Virus record (IMG/VR): IMGVR_UViG_2706795377_000001
Span: 52,360-116,359 of that record
Strand: one strand, 5' to 3'
Source of the DNA: a virus
Lineage: Duplodnaviria; Heunggongvirae; Uroviricota; Caudoviricetes
Length of the DNA: 64,000 nt
The number at the start of each line of letters is the position of its first letter. Position 1 is the first letter of the stretch. Position numbers and translations under genes: made by a program. The notes beneath the pieces were generated by a model. It had not been told where the DNA came from, did not search any database, and saw nothing but the letters and a program-made list of their open reading frames with translations. Below are positions 10,418-19,800 of this stretch, piece after piece.

Positions 10418-10789
10418 GTGAACAAAATGAACCAAGAAATCTTAAATGTACTTTTACCTGTAATTTCTGCAATTGTAGGTTCTGTAGGTACATACTTCGT
10501 TACAAGGAGTAACAACAAAAAAGAATTAACTATTAATGACAGACAGCTTTATGTTGAAGATGAAAAATCCTTCAGGGAAGATGAGAAGGTTTTTCGACAA
10601 GAACTTCGTTCTACTATTGCTGAATACAAAAATGAATTGGACGAAGCGCGCAAGGAAATCAAGCTTTTGACAGAAGAAGTCGCAAAACTTCACCAAGTCA
10701 ATTTAGTATTGACTTTAGAAAATAAACAACTTCAAAAGAAAGTAGATGAACTTCGGACAGAATTGCAAGGGTTTAAAAGAGGTGAGTAA
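10418..10789 (+). CDS. Membrane-anchored coiled-coil protein (holin-associated/BhlA-like?)
   Basis: 123 aa. RBS AGAGGTGA. N-terminal hydrophobic helix LLPVISAIVGSVGTYFV, then a long charged coiled-coil region. Sits immediately upstream of the holin-like gene and the amidase. Confidence 0.35.
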   Translation: MNKMNQEILNVLLPVISAIVGSVGTYFVTRSNNKKELTINDRQLYVEDEKSFREDEKVFRQELRSTIAEYKNELDEARKEIKLLTEEVAKLHQVNLVLTLENKQLQKKVDELRTELQGFKRGE

Positions 10790-10791
10790 TC

Positions 10792-11055
10792 ATGAAATTC
10801 CTCAAAGATGGTTTGTCGATTGACGAGACAAGAATTTCGGTTCTTGTCTTGGCTTTTGCCTTTACTCTTGGGTTTGCGCTCTATCAGGTTATTACTACAG
10901 GTGATGTAAGTGACAATCTGTTAATTCTGTTAGGTTATGAAATTGCGGCTGTAACAGGAGTGAACGTAGCTGATTCGATTATGTTAAACAAGAGAAAGAA
11001 GCTATCGCCAGTCACTATTAACCAAAGTGACAACAGCAATATGAATTTACCTTAA
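10792..11055 (+). CDS. Small two-TM membrane protein, putative holin
   Basis: 87 aa. Two hydrophobic helices (ISVLVLAFAFTLGFALYQVI and LLILLGYEIAAVTGV) and a charged C-terminus. Directly precedes the endolysin gene. Confidence 0.4.
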   Translation: MKFLKDGLSIDETRISVLVLAFAFTLGFALYQVITTGDVSDNLLILLGYEIAAVTGVNVADSIMLNKRKKLSPVTINQSDNSNMNLP

Positions 11056-11070
11056 AAGGAGGTTAGGAAT

Positions 11071-11886
11071 ATGTCTTTTAAAATGAAATATCCCATTGAG
11101 AAACAATATCTCACTTCTGGAAGCAAAAGACGCTCTGGGATTAAAATGCCTTATGTTGGTTTTATTGTATCTCATGATACAGGTAATGATGGGAGTACCG
11201 CAAAAGGGAACGTTGGCTACTATGAGCGTTCTCGAAATGAAATGAGTGCATCTGCACACACATTTATTGACCATTGCTCTATCATTGAATGTATACCTGC
11301 CACAACAGACAAACCAGAGAAAGCGTGGCATGTGCTTTATAACGTTACCATTGACAATCAGATGTTTGGCGGAGACGCCAACGATATTGCCATTGGGGTG
11401 GAACTTTGCTACAGCTACAAGAAGGGTTCTATTAACAATAAGGAAGCGTATAAGCGTTATGTATGGTATCATGCATATTTGTGTCACAAGTTCAATATCG
11501 ACCCTCGTAAGAAGATTGTAGGTCACAATGAACTTGACCCTACTCGTAAGACAGACCCATTCAAGAATGCATTAAAGATTATGGGTATTAATAAAGCACA
11601 GTTCATTCAGGATGTCGTTGATGAACTGGCTGATTGTTTGGCTACTGAGTCACTTGGAGTAAATATTACAAAAGAAAGTGAGGACGATGCACCTATGAAA
11701 TTAGAACAATGGCAAAAAGATGTGATTATTGAGGGAGTAAAGAAATGGAGCAAGGTGAATGACAGTGATGGAAGCCCAATTATCAATAGTCCTGACTATT
11801 GGATTAAGAAAGTTAATGATGGAACGCTTACTGCTAGCGAATTATCTACTCTGACTTTTACAGTTGTTAGCAGAAATCAGAAGTAA
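11071..11886 (+). CDS. N-acetylmuramoyl-L-alanine amidase (endolysin, Amidase_2/PGRP family)
   Basis: 271 aa. RBS AAGGAGG. N-terminal Amidase_2-like region (GFIVSHDTGNDGSTAKGNVGYYERS...AHTFIDH...GHNELDPTRKTDP) carrying the conserved H..H..D zinc ligands. Confidence 0.8.
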   Translation: MSFKMKYPIEKQYLTSGSKRRSGIKMPYVGFIVSHDTGNDGSTAKGNVGYYERSRNEMSASAHTFIDHCSIIECIPATTDKPEKAWHVLYNVTIDNQMFGGDANDIAIGVELCYSYKKGSINNKEAYKRYVWYHAYLCHKFNIDPRKKIVGHNELDPTRKTDPFKNALKIMGINKAQFIQDVVDELADCLATESLGVNITKESEDDAPMKLEQWQKDVIIEGVKKWSKVNDSDGSPIINSPDYWIKKVNDGTLTASELSTLTFTVVSRNQK

Positions 11887-11894
11887 AGGGGGTT

Positions 11895-12191
11895 GTGCCA
11901 ATGCCAAAAAAAGTAGATACAAATCAAGAAAAAATTGAGACAAAAGAAATTGAGTTGACCAGTAGTACACGAAAATCGCTTAAAAAGGGCGAAGAAGAAG
12001 ATGAAAAAAAAGTTGTTGAAGACAATTCTCCAAAACTTTTTGGCGTTGCTACATGTCAATTAAAAGATGAGAATGGAAAAGTGTTGCTGGAGAAAGGTGA
12101 AGAAGCTTTGGTTATTGGCGAAACAGAAACCGATTGGCGCATTAAGAGTGGATGGGTTTCTAAGCTATTCATTCTTAAAAAATACAAATAA
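11895..12191 (+). CDS. Lysine/glutamate-rich hypothetical protein
   Basis: 98 aa. RBS AAGGGGG. Low-complexity charged N-terminus. Confidence 0.35.
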   Translation: MPMPKKVDTNQEKIETKEIELTSSTRKSLKKGEEEDEKKVVEDNSPKLFGVATCQLKDENGKVLLEKGEEALVIGETETDWRIKSGWVSKLFILKKYK

Positions 12192-12210
12192 TAATGAGAG
12201 GTGTTTGGGA

Positions 12211-12474
12211 ATGGAATATGTAATTATTTTGTTGCTCGTTGCTTTGGTTGCACTTTTGTATTTCAAACAGCCCAACAAGGTGCAAGCCATTTTGTCTAAA
12301 GCAATCATTAATAGATTGCGCGAAAAGGAAGCTGAGATTGTTCAAGAATTGTATAATAAGTTACCTGACGAGATTAGAAAGAAGGTTGACTCTAAGCTGA
12401 TTGCCGAGATTGTTGGACTAACAATTGGAGTAGCTATTGATATTTTAGAAAGTGTTTTTGGTAAGTCTGAATAA
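12211..12474 (+). CDS. Small holin-like membrane protein (N-terminal TM, charged C-terminus)
   Basis: The ORF-track entry 12067..12474 is over-extended. The internal ATG at 12211 has RBS GAGAGGTG at 7-nt spacing. Product MEYVIILLLVALVALLYFKQ... is 87 aa with one TM helix followed by a coiled-coil/charged tail. Confidence 0.4.
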   Translation: MEYVIILLLVALVALLYFKQPNKVQAILSKAIINRLREKEAEIVQELYNKLPDEIRKKVDSKLIAEIVGLTIGVAIDILESVFGKSE

Positions 12475-12517
12475 TATCCAGTAAAATAGACACAATATAA
12501 GTACCGACGATAGTCGG

Positions 12518-12582
12518 AAGGGGACGATAAACCTACCATATAGCGATGCTATTCATGTAGGAATCGTCCCCTTATTTTTTAT
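12518..12582 (+). terminator. Strong compound rho-independent terminator closing the lysis cassette
   Basis: AAGGGGACGAT ... ATCGTCCCCTT is a perfect 11-bp stem with a nested inner stem CCTAC/GTAGG. It is followed by TTATTTTTTAT. Confidence 0.65.
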
Positions 12583-12789
12583 GTCAAAATTAGAACATTT
12601 CATTAAATACAATTATATTAATAATATGGTATAATTTCTGTGGTCATTTAGGAATTATTTGCAATTTGGTCGTCCCCGTTTAGCCGATGGTTCCACTAGT
12701 CTTTTTAATAGTAAGTTAGTCCTATTTACATACATATTTTTCCAAAATATACTAATAAAGTAATGAAATAATATTTTGGAGGTAGGATT

Positions 12790-13491
12790 ATGCGTTGTAG
12801 TAAGTTGTTTAGTCTTCTCATGTCTATTGCTCTAGTTTTTTGTCTATCAGTAGGTGTTTCCGTTGCAAAAGAGAAAGAAAATCCACTAGCTACACCTGAG
12901 AATTACGCAGAATATCTTGCAAACTACGATAAGGTAGAGGCATTAAGATTAGGCGTTGACCCTGCATATGCAACACAAGCTGTACAGGATGCTAAAGATG
13001 CTTTGGAAGATTTTCAAGCAATGTCAACTGAGAATCAGAAGAAATTACTAGAATACATGCAATCTCCAAAAATATTGGAACAATCATTTACAAGTGTAAA
13101 AGTCGAAAAAGTCCAAAAGCAAGAATTGATTTCTGATTATGCTCTGCAACCACAAGCCAGCACGAAACGTGTTAGCCATGAATACAAAATGACTCTGTTA
13201 GGTGTTGATTGGACAGTCTACGTCGTAGACGGCAAATATGAATATGACAAAAAAGGAGCAACAAAAGAGTTAGGTGCATCTGGTTATGTCAAGAAAAATT
13301 TGAATCCTTTGGTTCAGACTTCGAAAACATCTGAATATGATGAAGTAATTGGTGGTACTTATTATGGAACTGCTGTATTCGATTATAAAATCGGTCCATT
13401 AGATGGGTTAAGCTATCAAATTGGCTCTGCCTACTGCCGAGTAACAGGAGACGAGGGCGGTAAAACAGGTGGAAGAGGATGGACAGAGTAG
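12790..13491 (+). CDS. Secreted hypothetical protein (signal peptide)
   Basis: 233 aa. RBS GGAGGTAGGA. N-terminal signal peptide MRCSKLFSLLMSIALVFCLSVGVSVAKE. No enzymatic motif recognised. Confidence 0.5.
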   Translation: MRCSKLFSLLMSIALVFCLSVGVSVAKEKENPLATPENYAEYLANYDKVEALRLGVDPAYATQAVQDAKDALEDFQAMSTENQKKLLEYMQSPKILEQSFTSVKVEKVQKQELISDYALQPQASTKRVSHEYKMTLLGVDWTVYVVDGKYEYDKKGATKELGASGYVKKNLNPLVQTSKTSEYDEVIGGTYYGTAVFDYKIGPLDGLSYQIGSAYCRVTGDEGGKTGGRGWTE

Positions 13492-13497
13492 TAAGGA

Positions 13498-13605
13498 GGT
13501 TGTCGTGAGTAAGAAGCTGAAAATCGTACTGTGGTCAATTGCAGGGGTAGTTGTTTTATTTAGTGCAATAGGAATAATTACTTTCATGCAAGGAAAAGCA
13601 TAAAA
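13498..13605 (+). CDS. 35-aa single-TM peptide
   Basis: GTG start. RBS GTAAGGAGGTTG at 6-nt spacing. Encodes VSKKLKIVLWSIAGVVVLFSAIGIITFMQGKA. It follows the secreted-protein gene directly, so it could be an immunity or accessory peptide. Confidence 0.3.
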
Positions 13606-13640
13606 TGAGGCAGAGTTTATTCCTGCCTCATTTTATTTTA
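13604..13640. terminator. Rho-independent terminator between convergent genes
   Basis: Stem AATGAGGCAG/CTGCCTCATT followed by TTTTATTTT. Confidence 0.6.
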
Positions 13641-13670
13641 AAATATGTAAATTTACAAAAAGAATATTCT

Positions 13671-13859
13671 TTATGGATTTGATGATGGCTTAGACTTTAA
13701 GATATGTTCCATTTGTTCCTTGTCAGTATAAACATCATATTTGCTCTTTTCATGACTTCCACACGATTTAGAGCCTGTTACAATTAAAAAAACCACAAAG
13801 ACCACGCCAACCCAACCCAAGAAACCTAAACCTTGTTGATTTTGTTTCTCTTCGTTCAT
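13671..13859 (-). CDS. Small membrane protein (62 aa), type I toxin-like topology
   Basis: The internal ATG at 13859 has RBS GAGGGG. Upstream is an extended -10 element TGGTATAAT (minus strand, about 13895-13903). Product MNEEKQNQQGLGFLGWVGVVFVVFLIVTGSKSCGSHEKSKYDVYTD... has a single TM helix. Confidence 0.4.
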   Translation of the reverse strand: MNEEKQNQQGLGFLGWVGVVFVVFLIVTGSKSCGSHEKSKYDVYTDKEQMEHILKSKPSSNP

Positions 13860-14016
13860 ATTAACACCCCTCAATCATTAACAAACACCATAAATCCTAC
13901 TTTCTGCCATTATACCATTTTCTTTGAACGTTATATATACAATTGGCTTTTTAAAGAAAGGGTATCCGAGGAATCAGTACTTCATTTGCTATCGGAGGGA
14001 AAAGCCTCTTAGTTTA

Positions 14017-14045
14017 AATGAATTACTTGTCATGGAAAATGTTAG
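14017..14045 (+). promoter_or_regulatory. Sigma-A-like promoter (TTGTCA-17 bp-TATAAT)
   Basis: TTGTCA at 14017-14022, a 17-nt spacer, then TATAAT at 14040-14045. No protein-coding ORF follows. Confidence 0.5.
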
Positions 14046-14051
14046 ATGATA

Positions 14052-14236
14052 TAATAAGAGTACCAAAGCCGAACATCACCGTCAGTGTTTGATGTACTGA
14101 CATGATGCCTTGTAGGTGTTGGCGCACCTACGGTTTATACAATAGACTGTCCCCAATGGGGCGGCTCATTCTGAATACTGTGATGTAAGACCGCTAAAGC
14201 TTCTGAGGACTCGATGGCGGTCTTACTTTTTATTTT
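14052..14236 (+). ncRNA. Candidate small non-coding RNA (~185 nt)
   Basis: Runs from the predicted +1 to an intrinsic terminator (GTAAGACCGC...GCGGTCTTAC + TTTTTATTTT at 14185-14236). It contains several internal hairpins (GTCAGT/ACTGAC, GTAGGTG/CACCTAC) and only trivial ORFs of 15 aa or fewer. Confidence 0.3.
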
Positions 14237-14640
14237 AAATCACTTACAACCCATTTAATTATAGCTATCTCTTACTTGGTACTGTAAATGATATTAATTC
14301 CAAATAAGCAATTTTCATTAGATTGCTTTATGAAGGTTAGTATGTTAAGTTAACAGTAGTCAATTTAATAATCGCTGTAGTTAACAAAGCGAAACACCTA
14401 AAGGGTAGACCACGGAATAGTGGTCTATTTCTTTTTTAGTGAGTATTTATTGAGTCCGATAATAAAGATTATGTAAACTTATAAAATTTAAGTGAATGGG
14501 TATAGACGTAAGATATATTATGTTAACATTAAAAAAGTATATTAATAAAGTTTACATACTTTGGAATATATGATACACTTAAATCAATATGTAGTGTCTA
14601 CTTAGACTCTCACAACAATATATAGAAGGTGGTCGAGATT

Positions 14641-15234
14641 ATGTTAATGTTGAAAATGCAATTGGAAGACTTAAAGAAACAAATTGAGGACGCATACGCA
14701 GAAATTTCAAAGAAAAGGCTTCCGAAAATTGAAAAAAGTATTGAAATGGCAAACAAAGAGTTTGAGGAATACTTTCACTCTTTAGGATTTTCGACTTCTA
14801 CTAAAAATGAAGTAGAAGTTTCTGACGGTGTTAGATATAAGAAAAAAATTATTGAAGCTACGTACCATAATTTATCCTATTCTCTAGTTACATATGAAGC
14901 TTCTTACCCTTTTTTTGGAAGCCTATCAACATTATTTCTTTACGATGACCCTCGTAGAGATGAAGATAATGAGTATGTTATTCTTATCAATCAAAGTGGT
15001 AAGTCTCCGAGAGCTTCTTTCACTTGCTACTCTATCCCTGATGATGAGGCTGAAAAAATAAGAATTGAAGTTAATCGGAAGGAAGAAGAGCTTCAAGGAC
15101 TTAGAAATAGATTGAATAGTATTGATGATTTAAATTTAAACTACTTTTACAAAGATGCGGATGCTTATAGCTTAACTGAATACTCTTCTTTTAAAGAAGT
15201 TCTTGTTAAATTAGTTAACTCAAATAGCATATAA
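14641..15234 (+). CDS. Hypothetical protein (N-terminal coiled coil), isolated accessory gene
   Basis: The ORF-track start is 14629 (GTG). The ATG at 14641 has RBS GAAGGTGG at 8-nt spacing. It is flanked upstream by about 750 bp of non-coding DNA and downstream by a terminator. Confidence 0.45.
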   Translation: MLMLKMQLEDLKKQIEDAYAEISKKRLPKIEKSIEMANKEFEEYFHSLGFSTSTKNEVEVSDGVRYKKKIIEATYHNLSYSLVTYEASYPFFGSLSTLFLYDDPRRDEDNEYVILINQSGKSPRASFTCYSIPDDEAEKIRIEVNRKEEELQGLRNRLNSIDDLNLNYFYKDADAYSLTEYSSFKEVLVKLVNSNSI

Positions 15235-15249
15235 GCAGATACGAAAAAT

Positions 15250-15292
15250 AGTCCATTAGCCTTGTGTAATGGATTATTTTTTTATTTAAACA
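15250..15292. terminator. Putative bidirectional terminator
   Basis: Short stem CCATTA/TAATGG with an A-run before it and a T-run after it. Lies between convergent genes. Confidence 0.35.
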
Positions 15293-15320
15293 GAATCGTC
15301 TCTAGCATTATTTTGTAGAA

Positions 15321-15956
15321 TTATTTAAAGTAAGGATATTGGATTTCTTCAATATTGTAAGTCTCTCCTAGTTTTCCAACATAGGTTGCCCTTTCCCACA
15401 GGGTTTCGACAGGATAGTTAGACATTCTTGCAACCCATTCGTTAAATTGCTCACTAAAATGAGGATTAATAATAGCTCTTGCCCAAGACGATTTACAAAT
15501 CTGAATCATTTTGAGAGGAAGGTTGCATTCTCTTATTGCTTTTAGAACACCAGTATCACTGTCAATTAAGAAGATGGTAAGTATATTATTCGTTTCGGTA
15601 AATTGCAAGGCTCTGTTGTCACTGTAAAGTGTAGGGTCGAATACCATTTCGAATGTCATGGCGTTGCCAAATTTAATCATAGGTATAACCATATGGTCAT
15701 TTCCTTGAAGGATACGCATTGATATAGATGACTCTTTGAAAGTTTTTAGCTCTTTAAAGCTGATACTTGTGAAATGAATGCAAAAGAAGTAACCTTGATT
15801 TAAATCAGTAGCTTCAAAGTGCGCTCCATCTTTTCCCTTTAAACTTTCTGTACTGCCCGAAAAAAGTGGGAATTTCTGACCTACTCTAATGTCATATAAT
15901 TCTATTTCTTCATTCTTAGAATCCATTTTTAAGACATCCTCTCTAATTAGATTCAA
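15321..15956 (-). CDS. Hypothetical protein
   Basis: 211 aa, last gene of the leftward block. Confidence 0.45.
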   Translation of the reverse strand: MNLIREDVLKMDSKNEEIELYDIRVGQKFPLFSGSTESLKGKDGAHFEATDLNQGYFFCIHFTSISFKELKTFKESSISMRILQGNDHMVIPMIKFGNAMTFEMVFDPTLYSDNRALQFTETNNILTIFLIDSDTGVLKAIRECNLPLKMIQICKSSWARAIINPHFSEQFNEWVARMSNYPVETLWERATYVGKLGETYNIEEIQYPYFK

Positions 15957-16039
15957 CCCCTTTGTAGATTATACTTAGTAAGCTAAAACCTGTCAAACAC
16001 CAAGCTACAATAAAAAGAGACTACCAAAGTAGTCCCAAT

Positions 16040-16618
16040 TTATTTCTTTTCTTTGAACTGCGTGCATCTAGGGTCATAAATATTTCCAATTTCTTCTCGT
16101 ACTGTTCCAGCAATTGAGTTTTTAATGATGGAACAACTACCCTTCCTATATCTAGAACAACTTTCGCATACCTTTTGGAAATCCCTTAACATTTCTTGGT
16201 TCTTAAAGATTCCTACAAATTCTACTGGAACCAGTGTCAGCTCAATTCTAGGATTCTTAGAATCATATACAATGTGCTGAGTACGAACCAGAACCCTAGA
16301 GTCGTTGTCATAAGCAATTCCTTCCAGACTATCATTGAGAAGCTTGTAGATGTTATTGTCGTCTGAACCGCGCCTTGCAAAGAAGATTACAGCATCCTGA
16401 TACACAAAGTTTTCTTTTGTCCAATCGAAATCCCAATCCTGATTCTCTGTTTGAACCCTAGCTTGACCCTGTATCTTAGCCTTTACCTGTCTTCCTTCTT
16501 TAGAAAGGATTCTTCGACCAGTGGGTACACGCATTTTGAGTCGTGCATCCCACTGGTATTCATTGATGTAAAGTTTATTGATAGATACAGGCATTGGTAA
16601 TGTTAGTTTCAATTGCAT
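16040..16618 (-). CDS. rusA: RusA-like Holliday junction resolvase with C-terminal Cys-rich extension
   Basis: Start revised to ATG 16618 (RBS AGGAGTGG). Product MQLKLTLPMPVSINKLY...GRR..SKEGRQ...RRGSDDNNIYKLLNDSLEGIAYDNDSRV matches the RusA pattern LPxPPSxN..Y...D.DN. The conserved element at 16631-16650 lies immediately upstream. Confidence 0.55.
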   Translation of the reverse strand: MQLKLTLPMPVSINKLYINEYQWDARLKMRVPTGRRILSKEGRQVKAKIQGQARVQTENQDWDFDWTKENFVYQDAVIFFARRGSDDNNIYKLLNDSLEGIAYDNDSRVLVRTQHIVYDSKNPRIELTLVPVEFVGIFKNQEMLRDFQKVCESCSRYRKGSCSIIKNSIAGTVREEIGNIYDPRCTQFKEKK

Positions 16619-16630
16619 ATGACCACTCCT

Positions 16631-16650
16631 AAATACTTTATTTGGCTTTG
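16631..16650 (-). repeat. Conserved early-region element copy 1
   Basis: Plus-strand AAATACTTTATTTGGCTTTG. Lies about 5 nt upstream of the RBS of the RusA-like gene. A 10-bp inverted partner AGCCAAATAA at 16667-16676 could form a hairpin. Confidence 0.6.
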
Positions 16651-16842
16651 TTTGTAGGAGTGTAAGAGCCAAATAAGAATTAGAAGTACTCACTTGTTCA
16701 ACATAGAAACATTAGCCTTTTTTCCCTGAAATCAAATACATTAATGTAGAAACTGAAACAAATCCAAAAATAAATCCAAGCAATGCAAACGATATAATAA
16801 CGATTAATGCCTCCTTTATAAACTTCACAAAAAGACAACTCC

Positions 16843-19800
16843 TTATTTCTTTACCCTCTTCCTGTCGATGATTTGCTTCCATTCATCGAATGTTTTCAGC
16901 TTGGAAATAATTGCCTCATCCTTGTTTCGTTTTGCAAGGACAACAATCGTTTCCCCTTTATTAAGGAGGTTTTTGTACTCGCTATATTGAGTAGAATATG
17001 CTCTTACTTGAACAACTCCATATGGAGTAAGGACTTGTAATTTGGCATGTTGACCACCTCTGGAAGACTTCTTGACATCTTTGCCAATGATAGTTCCTAC
17101 AACAAGCACTTTATCTGTGCCATTCTCGTAGGTGTAAAAGTCTTTGAGATACTTCATGTAACTGTCGAATGGAGACATTGTGAGATACGTACCCATAGCT
17201 TCAAACTCGTAATACTCAATTTGACCAATGTATTTGTCAGTAAATCCATTGAGATGTTTCAACTTACGTTCCTCATCCTTCTTCAAATACTCCTTATATT
17301 TGAAGTCATTAAAGAGTTGTTTGCGTAGTTCTTTGTCCTTGTAGTCCTCATCTGTTATGATAAATCCTGCTTTAGTGAAATCAGATTTACTTGGAACAGT
17401 AGCTCTTGGCTTCCATTTCAATGGCGTATAGGTCATCTGTCCGAACTCAACAATGATTTCGTCCTTGTTACTTCCGAATGCTCCACTCTTAATAAGGTTG
17501 ATAATCGCATCTGTAGGTAACATTTCAAGTGTGGCAATCTTATTGCCTTCTGAATTTATATCTACAATTATATGATTGCTCATTTCAACCATATAATTGT
17601 AGAACTGTACAAAAGATTCGAATGGTTTTTTGTGAAACTTTCTTATATCTTCAATCAAGTCAACTGTTGGCTCACCAACGCCTTTGATTGCAAGAAGACC
17701 AAATAAAATACCAGCATCTTTTATTGTGAACTCCCCCGCCGATGTGTTGATGTTTGGAACGTCTACCTTTATTCCCATACGTTTGCATTCGCTTATGTAA
17801 TGGGATACCTCTTCGATTTTCCCAATCTTACTGTTCAGCAAGGCTGTCATAAATTCTATAGGATGGTAAACTTTCTGCTTCGCCATCTGCCATGCGATAA
17901 TCGCGTAAGCTACAGCATGGGATTTATTAAAGGAATAGGAAGCGAAGTCAATCATGATTTCCCATAAAGTATTTAGTTGCCATTCATTCCAGCCACGTTT
18001 AGATAATCCTTCAAACAATTCTTCCTTGCACTCTGTCATCAAGTCCATTTTTTTCTTGGCTGTTGCCTTACGAATTTTGTCTGGATTCTTCATGTTTGCC
18101 AGCCATGCAATCTCGATTAATTGCTCTTGAAACACTAGAATGCCATATGTTTTGGAGAGAATTGGCTCCAAGTCAGGGTGAAGATATTCAAACTCTTCTT
18201 CTCCCTTTTTACGTTTGGCATAGTGTTCGATGTGCTTCATGGACGCTGGACGAAACAGAGCGTTACACACAGCCAAGTCCTCGATACCATCAGGCACTAC
18301 CTGTCGAAGTGTTTCCTTCATGCCTACAGACTCGAACTGGAACACTCCATCTGTCTGTCCAGTTCTGAACAAAGCGAGAACCTTTTCATCATCAAAATTC
18401 AGAGTATCAGGATTGATATATTCGTAATCCTTGCCAATCATTTCAAGAGTGTCATAGATTACGTCGATTGATTTCAGACCAAGAAGGTCTACCTTAACCA
18501 ATCCAAGGTCTTCAAGGTCATCCATGTCAGCCTGATAAACGATAGAGCCATCATTAGATGCTACTGCTGTATAAAAGTCCTTGTTTTTAATGGAAACTAT
18601 CTTCCCGCAAGGGTGAACACCAAAGCTTCTTGGCAGTCCTGCAAGCTTCTCAGCATACTCGAACAGTTTTGGATATTTCTCAAACCATTCGCTGAATAAG
18701 CCAGCTTCACGAATGTACTCGATGGTCATGTTGCCGAGTTGTTGAGTGAACTGATTCGTTTCCTGATAAGGAATGTTCAACACTCGACCAACGTCTTTGA
18801 TTGCTGATTTATCCCAAATGAATCCGAACTGTCCTATAGATGCAAACTTATCTGCACCATAACGCTCAATAATAAACTCGACAACCTTCTCTCTATCCGA
18901 AGCCCCAAAATCAGAGTCAACATCAGGAACCTTCAACTCTTTACGAGTGATTTGTCCTGATTCGAGAAGTTCCAATGCGCCTACGTCAATGAAGCGCTCG
19001 AAGTATAGACCAAATTTCAACGGGTCAACGTCAGTAATTCCAAGCAACCAAGCAATCAGGCTTCCACCAGATGAACCTCGCGCAATACCTCTTCGCCTTA
19101 CGGAATTTACATAGCTGTCTACTAGTAGAAAGTATCCTTCAAAGCCCATTTTGGTAATCGCGTTAAACTCATACATTAATCTTTTGTTGTAGTATTCTTT
19201 ATTTGGTTTTTGATTGATTTTCCTACGCTTCCATCCCTGATTAATTAATACCTTTAGATAAGCCATTTCTGAGTCATATTCATCAGGAATTGGTACATGA
19301 GGAATGATAGGCTCAGACAGTGGAAGTCTTACATCACATTTGTCTGCAATGACTAGTGAATTTCTGATTGCAATCTCTCTTTCTTCTACTGAAAAAGATG
19401 TGAGTCTGTCGTATACATCTTTCGCGCTCATGATGAATGTATCTTCATAAGTTTCGCCAGCCTCCCTGTTTGTCCCAATCTGAATGAAGATGCTGTGCAA
19501 TTCATGGTCTTCATTGTCTACAAAATGAGAGTCAGTTGTAGCAACGTATTCAATTCCCAATTCGATAGCCAAGTCGATGATTGCTCGATTCAGCTTTTGC
19601 TGTCTGTAATCTCTATGTGCCTGTACTTCTAAATAGTAGTCAGCACCGAAGGTTTCCCTGTACCATTTAATAACTCTCTTAGCATTCGCTTTATTATTCT
19701 CCGTAATCTCAATGTCACCATCTCCAATTTTCCCTCCTGCCAATGCTTGTTGAACTTCACTTGCCATACAACCACTCAAGACAATTAGCCCTTCACTGTA

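Noticed and set aside
12590-14630. tRNA genes in the long non-coding stretches
   Set aside because: No cloverleaf-compatible segments were seen (no GTTCRANYC T-loop with matching acceptor stem). The hairpins present are better explained as terminators or an sRNA.
16700-16800. Possible ~30-aa hydrophobic peptide ORF on the minus strand (…SFALLGFIFGFVSVSTLMYLISGKKG) after an AAGGAGG site
   Set aside because: There is no canonical start codon in frame near the RBS (only ATC or ATT). It cannot be supported without conservation data.
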